This document shows, in pieces, positions 36,016-47,800 of a stretch of DNA of 60,536 nt (position 1 is its first letter; every line of letters begins with the position of its first letter). Source of the DNA: Schizochytrium sp. TIO01 (Eukaryota > Protista > Bigyra: Labyrinthulomycetes); NCBI GenBank assembly GCA_004764695.1, contig SMSO01000012.1, forward strand, positions 1 to 60,536, read 5' to 3'. Both the position numbers and the translations under genes were made by a program. The notes beneath the pieces were generated by a model, which searched no databases, had not been told where the DNA came from, and worked only from the letters and a program-made list of their open reading frames with translations.

Positions 36016-37569
36016 TCAAATATTTTCAGTTTCTGCAAATCCCATGATTACATCGGCAAATATCTCGAATTGGCCCACTATTGAACGAGCGAACTCCTTC
36101 GTCAGGTCGCCACTATCAGAGACAATGTCAAAAGACCCACTCAAAGACTCAAACTCGCCAGATGGAAACGAGAATGCCATAATAGCGTTTGATTGATTCA
36201 CATCTATCTTGGACGGGACACAGACGTGTCCATAAACCATTTTGCCTTGCAAAATGTTCTCCGATTCCACTTTTGCAAACTCAAGGTCTTCGTCGCTGGA
36301 TACGCTTGCATACATTTTGCATGGTACGACTCCATCATCTACGCTTGCGCAAATCTCATCTCGAAGAAAAGGATCATCGCCAGATGCGATAAAAGATCGA
36401 GGAACTAAGTCTCGCGTTGAGATGCAGGATGTAAAAGTGAATTCAACCACTGTATTATCTTTGTTGACCTCCTGCCCTCTCAGGAAGTAGACTTGCTCGT
36501 CAACAAGAGCTTCAGTAGCTTCCTGGATCTCAGGACTAATGACAGGTTCCATTCGAAGTTCGTGCGAATCAGATGACGCCAGGGCACTATAAAAGCTTCC
36601 CATCTTTTCAGGATCTGTCCAACACGATGTCAAAGCCAGGTGAAGTGCGTTGTCCGAGAGTGGGGCGCCAAGAATCTCATAGCGAATGTTCATACGCTTG
36701 ACCTCACGTAGAGGAACACCTCGCGGCAGAAACTGTAAGCACATATTCATTACCATGCCCGATGGGTGTTGTACTGTGTAGTGACGAGTCCATTGCGAGG
36801 ATGTGTAGATCATACCAACAACCTGTGAGGTGGCTGAGTCAATGACATTCTTAAGCATACGAACTCGCTCGGACAGAACAAGGCTTGAAGACTTCTCGAT
36901 GGCGTTGGTAATGTTGGTCAAATAAGCTTTGTGCTTCGAGATTTCGACACGAAGCAACTGATTCTCCTTTTCCAGGTTGATCGACCCAGACATGCGTAGT
37001 GATTCAACTTCTTGCTGGAGCTCAGCAATACGTTTGAGATAGAGTGGTCTTTTGCTTTCAAGCTCCTGGTTGCGGGTCTCGAGCGCTTCACGTTCAGCTT
37101 TCCGTTTCGCTCTGCGGCGTCTGCATTTAACCGCATTTTTACCCATGTCAGGCCCATCTTTAGGCGCAGTTTCACCTTGGCTCGATGCCTTGGAGGTAGC
37201 TCCGGTAGTCGCTGATTTAGATAGAGCTTTAGGGGTTTCTCGAGATTTGTTTTCATCATTTTCGGAGGATTCCTCTTGAGATCTTGAGCCTCGATCATCA
37301 GACGTCAGCGTCGCGGTGACACTGTCAGAGTTGCAAGCACGCCTTTCAACCTCATTATCAGAAGCGCCAGAGATGTTCGCAGGGTTGCCGGGAGCTGTAG
37401 CATTCTCTGCATCGTTATCGTCGTCCTCCACATTCCCGTCTTCCTCAGCAAGATCCAGGTCGAGCCATGGGCCTTCGTTGTCACCAATAGCGGCTTCCAG
37501 TTGATTGCCACTCAAGAGAAAGATATCCACGAGGTCCGAACTGAAGATGTTCACATCGTCGGATTCCAT
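36016..37569 (-). CDS. bZIP transcription factor with putative START-like domain (copy 8, the only inverted copy)
   Basis: 517-aa ORF with KNAVKCRRRRAKRK, zipper and C-terminal domain. Confidence 0.92.
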   Translation of the reverse strand: MESDDVNIFSSDLVDIFLLSGNQLEAAIGDNEGPWLDLDLAEEDGNVEDDDNDAENATAPGNPANISGASDNEVERRACNSDSVTATLTSDDRGSRSQEESSENDENKSRETPKALSKSATTGATSKASSQGETAPKDGPDMGKNAVKCRRRRAKRKAEREALETRNQELESKRPLYLKRIAELQQEVESLRMSGSINLEKENQLLRVEISKHKAYLTNITNAIEKSSSLVLSERVRMLKNVIDSATSQVVGMIYTSSQWTRHYTVQHPSGMVMNMCLQFLPRGVPLREVKRMNIRYEILGAPLSDNALHLALTSCWTDPEKMGSFYSALASSDSHELRMEPVISPEIQEATEALVDEQVYFLRGQEVNKDNTVVEFTFTSCISTRDLVPRSFIASGDDPFLRDEICASVDDGVVPCKMYASVSSDEDLEFAKVESENILQGKMVYGHVCVPSKIDVNQSNAIMAFSFPSGEFESLSGSFDIVSDSGDLTKEFARSIVGQFEIFADVIMGFAETENI

Positions 37570-38471
37570 GATGATCCTTTCACCCAGAAACCCTCCGTTC
37601 GCAGTTTGCCAGTGTCTGTTGCACGCCAGACAGAACCTTGGCCTCTAGATCAGTCTTTGTGAAAAATACAAAGTCTGACTCTGTTTCATTATTTCTCTCT
37701 TTTTTTTCTTTCTTTTTCTTTTTCCACGCCCTATATTTCAGCCAACCTTTATTCTAACGCTACCTACCAAGTAACAAGAAGGAAGAAGAAAGAAAGAGCG
37801 ACTCATAATAATCGATAACGTTTTCTCAATTAGTTGGAGTTTTATTCTCCCCAGCTACTCATTTATATATATATTCCTTTTCATAAGTTCATCTCATCAG
37901 TTCCCGCATAGATTTGCAGTCATAGGCAGACATGTATATCACTTTTTATCTTTATGAAAAAGAAAAACACTTTGAAGTAGCTACCTACTACCTACTACCT
38001 ACTCACTAGTACTGGCAGCTGTTTATTTATATATTTTCTTTCTGTACTGCTGCCTTTAAAAAAAGGTTTTCTTTCTCGAGTAGGGAATGGAATGGAGTGA
38101 TTCTGATCATGGCTCATGAATCGCGCCGACGACACTCACGAGATCGCAAACAGCGAGCTACTTGGTGAGGGGGAAATGACCTGCCTGGGCGCTGCCCACT
38201 TGCTGCTTCCCAGTTGTCAAAAGACTTATTTATTTATTTATTTAGTTATTTATTTATGGATTGATTTATTCCTCGCTCGGGAGGTCTCCTGGGAAGCTCC
38301 ACGCATTTCCAGCTGTGGCCCTCTTTTATTATATGCTATATTTAATACCTGAGATATGCTCAAGCCTTCAGTACTTTGCTCACGTACGCAGTCCAATCCT
38401 CTTCAGATGAATTCCATTAAAGCATCAACGCGAGTTGGACTTAGGGACTGCAGAGCTCATGGAGATAGATG

Positions 38472-38607
38472 TCTTCTTCTTCTTCTTCTTCTTCTTCTTC
38501 TTCTTCTTCTTCTTCTTCTTCTTCTTCTTCTTCTTCTTCTTCTTCTTCTTCTTCTTCTTCTTCTTCTTCTTCTTCTTCTTCTTCTTCTTCTTCTTCTTCT
38601 TCTTCTT
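38472..38607. repeat. (CTT)n microsatellite, ~45 units
   Basis: Perfect trinucleotide run. Confidence 0.95.
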
Positions 38608-40306
38608 GCGGCACGTTATTGAGCATGTGCGTCAAAAGGAGAATTGGGCTTTAAGGTCGGGCGAGGTACCTCGACAGTGCGAAACAGTTCACTGCCGTCT
38701 GCAGCTTTTGGAATTCTGTGTACATACATACACTTGGCATGCAGTGCAGCCTTTTCGACTCCGAGTCCTTCTATAAATCCACAAATCCGCAGCTCTCTGG
38801 AAGCAGACTGCGTGCTGGAATCATGAGGTCAAGGTAAGTACGTCTCTCAATGATCACCATTAACTTGGTGGACTTTGGGTACTACCTCTGTAGCGGTGTT
38901 TCTTCACCAGAGCCAACGAATTGTGCAAACAAAGAAACGAACAAAGAAACAAACCAACAAACAGCGGTCTGACATGAAGGAGGTGAAACAACGCCTTTCC
39001 GGCTTCCGGCTTCTCGACGATCTTGGCCGACTTATCGCGGTCGACCTGCACCTCGACCTCTTCTTGAAGCAGGTACAACGACTTCAAGGTGTTTGTTTAC
39101 CTTCACTTAGACTACTTCGTCCAACCTCACGTTGCATCGGTTGTAAACCTTCTCTGCAATCAAGCACGCAGAAGGTACCTGAAGTGCCCTGCGCAGCGCA
39201 AGTTCATTGGCGTGAACCCTGGGCGACCGGGGGGTAGAGCAGAGCAGGACGCAGCGAAACTAACGCGATGGGAGATGAATTAATAAACAAATGAGTTCAT
39301 AGTTAATCTAATCTAAGAGACTTTAAAAGAAGAATATCACAGTGCTTCCTACAGAAAAGAGCAGAAGAATGAAGAACTCAGAGATTGGAAGCGAAGAAAG
39401 AATCGGCACTTCAGTCTCTCGAGCCTGGAGCTCGCTCGCATCGATGGGCTTCTTTCGTCCACTGGCTCGTGGCCAGTGCTGGCTGGAGCTGGAGCTCGCT
39501 CGGGTGCGAGCTAGCCCGTCTGCAGCTGAAGCGTGGCAGAGCAGGCTGCGCGAATCGATCGATGCCAGTGGGGTCTTGAAGACCAGCTCGGGCAAGTTGT
39601 CCCAAGTTGGCAACTACGAGCAGAGCTCAGCACTCGAGATTGCGCTACAGAGCGCAAGAAACAGCTCTGCGGCTGTCGCCAACTGTAAGCAAGCCTCGGA
39701 TCGCGACTTTTGCGAGCCACGAGTGCGCGGGTGGCCTCGCGAGGAGAACTAGCAACACGCCAAAGTCAAGCTTAAGCTCCTCAACCGCTTCGCTCGCGAC
39801 TCATCAGCGATGCCTTGGGCAACTTGGACTTGCAGCGGCTGGCTAGCTCGAGCTTGACAGCCAGACAGCCAGCCAGCCAGCCAGCCAGCCTCTCCGTCAA
39901 CGCAACCACCACGAAGCGACGCATGCACTCTCGAGTCCGTCTCGCTCGATGACCATCGGCCAAGGCCGTTGGACATAGATGTGCTCATGCCCAGGTACCT
40001 ACAGATCTCTTCACCTGAGGCAGAGTTCGTTGTTACAGTCAGTCCCCGCCGCTTCCGATTCCTGCGAGCGGCGCTGTTGCAGAGCAGACTTGCGCAGAGG
40101 TCGACGCGCAAGTAAGAACTGGCGACAAACCGCCTTTCCTCAGGCTAGTGTTCGAGCACGAAGCCTGAGACCGCCCACTGTCTCCTGCGACGATGGGGAG
40201 CGACTCGAAGTCCCCATCCCTCCCTCCCTCCCTCCCTGGTGGAGCCGCAGAACTGACTTGCTGCTCTCCACGAAGGGCTCTGCTCCAGAGCTCATGCAGA
40301 GTTCGC

Positions 40307-40307
40307 G

Positions 40308-40375
<68 letters not shown>

Positions 40376-40376
40376 G
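40307..40376. repeat. (GTT)n microsatellite
   Basis: Perfect trinucleotide run. Confidence 0.95.
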
Positions 40377-40933
40377 CAGAGCAGACGAAGGTCAGGGCAA
40401 GTCAAGTCGAAGTAAGGCAATGGGCAGCGAGAATAACCGAGTTACTCGCAGTGCATTCATGCATGGACCGCGTTGCACTCACTCACTCACTCACTCACTC
40501 AATCCCTTTCGTGGCGTGGAAGAGCTGTGAAAGGTGGAAGTCGCAGGTTGAGCAGAAAGAACAAAAGCAATTGTGGGGGTGGAGAAGTAAGGAAGTGGAA
40601 GGGTCAACGGTTCATCTTCCCCGAAGGATTCCTCGCCGCCTTCTCAAAGTGATGCCTTGGCTTGACCTGGAGCTGAGACTGGACTCGAAGCAAGAAGATC
40701 TAGCCGGCAAAGCCGCTCGTAAGGACAACTTGAGCTGGCGGAGGGAAGAGGAAGCTCAGAGGTTATGGTGCACGTAATGCAAACAGAAGGAGGGACACGG
40801 CATGGCGTCTTGATCCAGTCTTTGGGCAACGACTTGATTACTTGCTTGGGCTCTTTTGTTTGTTTATTTGTTTACTTTTTCTTTTTTCTTTTTTCTTTTT
40901 TGTAACTTTTTTATTTGTCTGTTTATGTAGTTG

Positions 40934-41049
40934 TTTAATGTTTACTTTTTAATTTAATGTTTACTTTTTAATTTAATGTTTACTTTTTAATTTGTTTGTT
41001 TGTTTGTTTGTTTGTTTGTTTGTTTGTTTGTTTGTTTGTTTGTTTGTTT
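40934..41049. repeat. Three copies of the 19-bp unit TTTAATGTTTACTTTTTAA followed by (TTTG)n
   Basis: Seen directly in the sequence. Confidence 0.9.
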
Positions 41050-43354
41050 CCTAATGGATATACCTTGTAGGTGAACGATAAGGCAATCAGTCAGAACAAG
41101 TAGAAATGCCAAAACGAAGTCCGCCAGAAGTAAAAGCGGACTAGGAATGGCCCACTAACACTATAAACCTGACCTCTCAGAGGCCGTGATTGGCGAAATG
41201 TAGCGATGAAGCACCAAATATAAAGCGGCTAGAAGTCCTCTCTGAAGTCCTATCCCCGCAAAAAGCAAAGTCCTGAGAGCTCGTGCCTAATTTCGTTTCT
41301 TAAAAGTTATAGGTACCTGCAAGGTTGAGCTAGATACCTTGATAAGCTTTGAAGTTCTTTGTGAAAGACTCTTCTCAGAGCCCTTCAGTTGGTAGTCCTG
41401 GAGAGTTTAAGCCACTATTTGCCTCAAATTATTTGTAGTGCCGGGCCCTTTTCCAGAGTTTGGGCAGCCAAGATCGTAGTACATACATACTCATTACACT
41501 GGTAAATTGTCCTGAGCGTTTGCTTGAGAAAAAGTTTAATAGGACAAGTCTCTGACTAGTGATGGTAGTACACGATTTTACAAGCTGACGAAGCTGAACA
41601 CGTCGTCATTATCTTCAATTTGACGACATCCACAACTTCCTCTCCTACTTGAAGAAGAGCAGGACTCGAATTCGCTCGTCGATGCGGACGCTGCCAAAGT
41701 AACACGAAGAACAAACAGTCCGTGCCTTCATTTTCTGCATCCCTCTCGAGTTGGTAGATATAGTATAGGTATTTGCACTATATCCTTGCTTTGAAATAAT
41801 TGCCTTTTCAAGCTTGAGATATCAAAATTGGTTAACCTTTTTTTCGAAGAAGAGGATGAAATCGATTATTTCGAGGACCCTATATCTCCTCAATTTTAAT
41901 ACTACTGAAGCGAAATTCAAGACAAAGAGTCAAGCCGAAGCCACAGCTTGGCGCTAGCTAGTGCCACTGCGCCCACGCTGTGCCACCAAATAGAAACGAT
42001 AATAGGCACTATTTTGCTCCACCAATTGAACCTCTGGACTCAGGGTGGCCTTAGTTAAGACTAATGTAAATTGGATTTAAACACGCCTTCCGCCGTCTAA
42101 AAGGCATCGCTCAGGAGGCGCGAAGACATGCCAAGATGAAGGTGTAATATATAATTTTTAAGCATTATGAAAAGAATTCATAAAGGTGGCATGGAGATTT
42201 CGACTCAACTCGCTTTTCCAAAATCGAAGGTGCTTCAAGATTTTCTTGTATATCACGACAATTTGCTCTGGAAAGTGGGAAGGGCATAAAAATTGGTCGC
42301 AGGGCGTTTCTTAATTGAAAGAACGGGAGTATGCAAGCAAAACCAGAAATCAACATATAGAAACAATTTCGCATTATTCGTACGGCGTTGGATATGACCA
42401 TCACCGACTAGAAACTTCTATTTTTTATAGTCTTTTCGAGAGACCCCATGCTGAAACGATCAGTTGAAAGTTCAACGAACCATTCGAGGATTCGATAAAC
42501 TTTACTGGCAGCATATAATCTTCAACACATCCATCCAGCTGTTCATCATTTTCTGCATTAAAAATGGGCAGGTGTAATTTTTGTTCTGATTTGTTATCAT
42601 TTTAGTTCATATCACGAGTGAAGTAATATAGCACAAGCAAATTTGCATGGTTTGCATAAGTTCGACGCTCAAACTATTCTTGGCTGAGCTTTAGTAATTG
42701 ATCGAGTTGTACCATGGATTATATCGTCATTGCTTTTCATTGGCTTTCCTTCGAACGCATGCGCCCATGTGAAACCTGAACAGATCCAAATTTTCTTGTT
42801 TCTCCCACTCCAGAAAAGAGTACGTATTTCATAGTAACCTGCTTCATACTGTCTGCCCATCATTCATCGTCTTCTTTTTATCTTTCTTTTAGATCATAGT
42901 GGCAACAATGTAAGAAAACATAGTGATAAGTTCAACCAGTTTCTTCTCTCCAATGCTTATTTGATATGACGCAGGTTCCCCAAAACTACTTTGTCATAAC
43001 ATTTGATTTCTTGACTTTAAAAGATATACTACTAGGTGGTATGCAGCTAGTATATATGCAGCTAGTATATATATAATAAACTTTGCTACGGTCGATAGCA
43101 CATGACAAGCCCTTCAGTTTAGATTAGCTATTTAACTAGATGGGAGTAGTTTTTAAAAATGATATTATATTTCAAAGAAATTGCAATTATAATAGCCATA
43201 GTAGGCCTACCGAGGTATTTAATTTAATTTTAAAAATAGAAAAAAAGAAAAAAGTACAAATTAAACACAAAAAGATTTGGAATATGGACGTCAGAGGCGA
43301 TGCCCTTGACACAGAATATACATAATTCTGGGTTTCAACAGCGAAGACCTCTCG

Positions 43355-44875
43355 ATGCACAGAGAAGGAGAAGAGAATGAAGAGGGCGAAGCTGGAAACC
43401 AAAGCGTCCTGGAGAGTGACCAGGGCCTCTTGCAGTTCTTTTGGGGGCTCGCCAGTCCACCTGGCGCAGACCAGAAAGATTCGGACGCTGATGATGGCAA
43501 CAGCGACGAGGAGAACGACAGCGTGAATAAGAAGGAAGGCTACGATGACGACAAAGAAGGCGTAATTAGCCATGATCAACAATCTTCTAATGTGGAACAT
43601 ACTAGTTTGCACGAAGGCAGCCACTCTGTCGAAAATAGCATTTCAAATGACCATAGGAAAGGTGAAAGTGGAGATGTCCTGGCAGACATTGCGAAAACGA
43701 CCACAGAAAGCCTGCAAAGTAAGCCTTTAGAGCTTCATCCAGGAGAAGATGACGACTCAAAGAGATTCAAACGCAAAGCCAAATGGAGGAATTTAAGTGC
43801 AAGAAATGAGGAGCTAGAGTCCTTAAGACCAGTCTATCTCAGACGCATTGCAGAGCTCGAACAAGAGGTTGATGCATACCGTATGGCGGGTGCAATCAAC
43901 CTTCAAAAGGAGAACGAACTTTTTCGAGTTGAGATCTTTAAACATAAGGCTTTCCTTGCTAATGTCACGCAAGCCATTCAGGACACTACAAGATCTCTAC
44001 AAGCAACTAATAGTGAGCATCTTCGATTGATCACTGAAGTCATTAACTCAAGTATATCTCGCATTGTTGGGCTGGTGCACATGTCTACACAGTGGCAACG
44101 CTTTGATGAAATAGACCACGAATCTGGTTTGAAAATGGCTGTCTCCCTTGAGTTTCTCCCCCACGGCGTGCTTCCTCGTGAGTCCAAACGTATTAATATG
44201 CGATATGAAATTTTGCATGCTCCTGTCTCCGCAGACAACCTTCATCAAATCTTGATGTCGTTTTGGGGAAACCAAGATAAAGTGAGGAGTCTGTACAGTG
44301 CCTTTGACGTCTCTTCCACCTATCAAGTGAACTATATACCGATGGAGTCTCCTAGTTTAGATGAAGCAAGGAAATCACTTGGGGGGGATACTATACAATT
44401 AATCAGGTTCAATGAAGAGAGTGCGACGGGCATCGTCACAGACTCGCTATATACTACCTGTACATCATCACGTGACCTTGTGCCGCAATCATTTGTCGCA
44501 TGTGGAAATGACGAAGCTCTTAAAGAGGAAATCAACTCGACGATAGATCCAGGCATTGCAAATTGCCAAATATTCGCTAGCATCTCAGACGACGACACGA
44601 AATCTCTTGCAGAAGTTGATATTGAGTCTACACTGACAGGCAAATTCTCTTTTGGCCATGTGGTCGTCCCCACGCATCATGCTAAGGACCTTTCGCATAG
44701 CATTATGATATTTTCTGTTCCCATGGGTTCCTTTGAAGCTATGCGAGACACAAGCGACGTTCTACAAGATGGAGGTGGGCTTCGAGGAACGTTTTCGGCA
44801 GCCTTCCACGGACACATGGAGATTTTCGCTCAGGAGATTTTATCTTTCACGGAAAATGCAGCAGCGACCGCATGA
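43355..44875 (+). CDS. bZIP-family paralogue with degenerate acidic basic region (copy 9); putative dominant-negative dimer partner
   Basis: Zipper and C-terminal domain are intact and most like copy 8. The basic region reads PGEDDDSKRFKRK instead of NAxxCRxxRxKRK. Confidence 0.88.
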   Translation: MHREGEENEEGEAGNQSVLESDQGLLQFFWGLASPPGADQKDSDADDGNSDEENDSVNKKEGYDDDKEGVISHDQQSSNVEHTSLHEGSHSVENSISNDHRKGESGDVLADIAKTTTESLQSKPLELHPGEDDDSKRFKRKAKWRNLSARNEELESLRPVYLRRIAELEQEVDAYRMAGAINLQKENELFRVEIFKHKAFLANVTQAIQDTTRSLQATNSEHLRLITEVINSSISRIVGLVHMSTQWQRFDEIDHESGLKMAVSLEFLPHGVLPRESKRINMRYEILHAPVSADNLHQILMSFWGNQDKVRSLYSAFDVSSTYQVNYIPMESPSLDEARKSLGGDTIQLIRFNEESATGIVTDSLYTTCTSSRDLVPQSFVACGNDEALKEEINSTIDPGIANCQIFASISDDDTKSLAEVDIESTLTGKFSFGHVVVPTHHAKDLSHSIMIFSVPMGSFEAMRDTSDVLQDGGGLRGTFSAAFHGHMEIFAQEILSFTENAAATA

Positions 44876-47800
44876 GCTTGATAGAACGCTTTTCTTCTCT
44901 TCTGGGATACTGGCATTTCTAAAGATTTCTCACTTGACCCAATTTAAGATTTCAAAAGCCTTGTAAAGCAATTGCGCGGTGTTGTGATCTAGAGGCGTAG
45001 TTGTTTCCATATACTCCCATGGGAGCCTATAATTGTGCTGCTTGTACACTTCAAATCCTCCTGGTTGAGCATTCATGTATGTCTTGATTCTCTCAGTGCC
45101 CATGCCACAGAGGGTCTTAACATGTGATATTTTGAGTCTCGAAGGGTCAATTTCATCGTTGCAGACTTTATACATATGATGCCAATATCTACGAACTAGG
45201 AAAGTGGTTTTCAAAGCAAACAGACATATTGGCATAGAGCAGCTCGATATTTCTGTAGGGGTACCAACTTTCTGTGTTTTCGCCAGTACGACTAAGCACA
45301 ACTAGACGCAGCCACATATATATGAAAACACCAGCATCCCACATTCAGATAATATCAATCGTAACCATCACTCATTGGGGTAGTCCAACGAGTTAGCTGC
45401 TAAAGACGCTGAAATCAGGACTTATTGGTGCTAAGAAGAAATAACGAAGTTTCCCTTTTACATTTTGAACTTACTTGGTCTTCTTGATCATTCAGTTATC
45501 TGAAGCGACTCCGATTACCCACGCAATCATAAGCTTCTGCCAAAAGTAGGTCCAAACCTGATTCATTTCATCCAAGTTAGTATAGTTGAAGGATTCCCCA
45601 GGGCATTTGCTTCTAAAGCGAACAACGAAATCCTGGCGTTATCTTTGTAACAAACGTCGTTGCTGTTGCTCTTTATTTTATGAATAAGTATTAGCTTTTG
45701 ATTGTACACAGTTCCTTCCTTTGATATTGAGAAGCTAAAGCGACAACTATGGAATGAAGTTTGGGGAATAAATAGTCAGACCTGCCATTAAAGTCAACTT
45801 TACCCCTCCTTTATCAAATCAGTAGTTTCCTTTATGTCCACAAACTACAGAACTAGAATTCAATATTGGCTAATTACTGTTGCAAACGTGGCAAACTCTG
45901 TAGCGTCTTTTTAAAGGTCAACTTAAGACTCGGTACCATGGTGTATCTAAGTACATTCCGTAGCTTTCACTTAGTTCTCAACGATGTCTTCACTACTCAG
46001 GGCTTAGGCCTTAGAAAGGCCCGAAACTATGCTGAGACTATGTAAGTCCTATGAAATACATTAACAGTTAGAGAATTAATACTTGTCACTTGAATCCTGA
46101 CCAGGCTCGCCGCACCAACAGCTGCTTCAAAGTCATTCACGAAGAAACCACCATATCAACCATGCCGTTTTACATATCCAATCATGCTCGTTGAAAGTCC
46201 GAGGCGCTTTCGAGTTCGAACCTTATTCCTCGGCAAGGTCGTGGAAGCGGCAAGACGCTCGGCACGATTGGATAGTGCATGCTCTATCTACTAGGCAAAA
46301 GCAAAAAACGCGTGGGAGCTGCTGCCAGTCTTTGAGCTTAGCTTCGTGTCTTTAGCTTGGTCAACCAAAGCATTTTGCTCAAGCTTGTGAGTAGGTGGTT
46401 TGTGGTTGCCTCAATTTTATTGTGAGACTCGAAGCGACGTGAAGTAGCTTCAAGAAAGTACACTTATGCACTGTGTGGAGCCTTTTGCTGTTGTTGCACA
46501 GGTGGAGATGATCAAGGCAGTGCAAACCACACCAGTATTGCCCAATGCGACTCGATGCAAGCAGGGCAAAATAATTCTATGCAGAGCAGAACTTGCACTT
46601 TGACGTAGTTTTAAAGATGGATTACATAGGGAAATGCTGTGCATGTCTTGGTTGTTCGCGTAGTGCAGAATCGTGCACACTAGCAAGTACGGCTTCTCAC
46701 GTAGGTTCTTGTGCTAAAATAACGATCAATCAATCTCTAATGCAACCGAGCGTATGCACAAGAACTAGTCACTGATGCCTTGTTGTCCGGGCTAGCATTT
46801 CGTTTCATTTATTCTACGCTAGCTTCTTCTTTACGGTTTTGCCGGATAAACTGAATTCAATCTACAAAGTGTTGCATTATGCATTATATCATGCTAGCGT
46901 AGGTTCAGAGATTTCAACGAAATTGGCAACTTATTAGAATGTGTCAATCAGAGAGCCGCAATGTACTTAATTTAGCCGCCATAGAGAAGCGATACCCGCA
47001 TAAAAGAGATACCTGGCCAAAGGGAGTAATTGATGGCATCATGTTCCCTCCAGCATATTTGCATCACCAAACAATTTATTAGTTGGAGCTTGTCTGTTGA
47101 TAATTGTTCATTTAAATTGATTTAGACGTAGAAATTGGCTTCAGAACTTGGCTTCAGAACTTGGCTAACCACTTTTGCAAAATCAAGGCATTTTTTCAGG
47201 ATCGAAGAATGTTGTAGCATTTTAAAAGAAAAAAACTAAGGCACGAGAAGGAAAGAGAAACGCGGCCAAATAATTTTGCAGGCACAACTGAGCTGCGTCC
47301 TTACCACAAATACTGGAAACGTTGCTTTCATATAATATTTTTTATTTCAAAAGGAGGGAACTCTCTAAGTTGGGTATGCATCTAGTAAGTCTAGAGGTAA
47401 GTCTAGAGAAGACATAACCATTGTGAAGTAGTACTCTTATATCCAATGATTATTGAAAGTACTCTTCAAGCTAAACCAACAGTGTCTCAAGTGTTACTGA
47501 GCGCAGTGCAGGCCCCTTAAAAAAAAAAAATAATAAAAATACTCACATTGTCGTGTACCACTAGATTATACCACCTCTGACATCGTCTACCCAAGCTAGA
47601 CGTGGACTGCGCAAGCTGACACGTCTTAGTATGCAGCTGTGATGTTTTTGTTGTTTTGTTTTTTCGTAAGCAGCGGCCAAGACATAAAGCCGTGGTAGTA
47701 ATAAGGTAATCAATTAACCAGGTATCTCGTTGAATATTTCTGGTTTTAAACAATCTGTTGGACACTAAGAAAACCGCATCATATTTTTGGCTGAGTTCTT

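Noticed and set aside
38356-38776. Poly-L/F/S/E ORFs (likewise at 24413-24777, 39979-40777 and 59863-60242)
   Set aside because: They are tri- and tetranucleotide repeat artefacts.
41100-43000. Possible transposase remnants in the spacer between copies 8 and 9
   Set aside because: Only short ORFs, with no DDE or RT motifs or terminal repeats that I could identify.
46199-46233. CCGAGG...GTTCGAACC...CCTCGG hairpin resembling a tRNA fragment
   Set aside because: The stem is only 6 bp and there is no cloverleaf.
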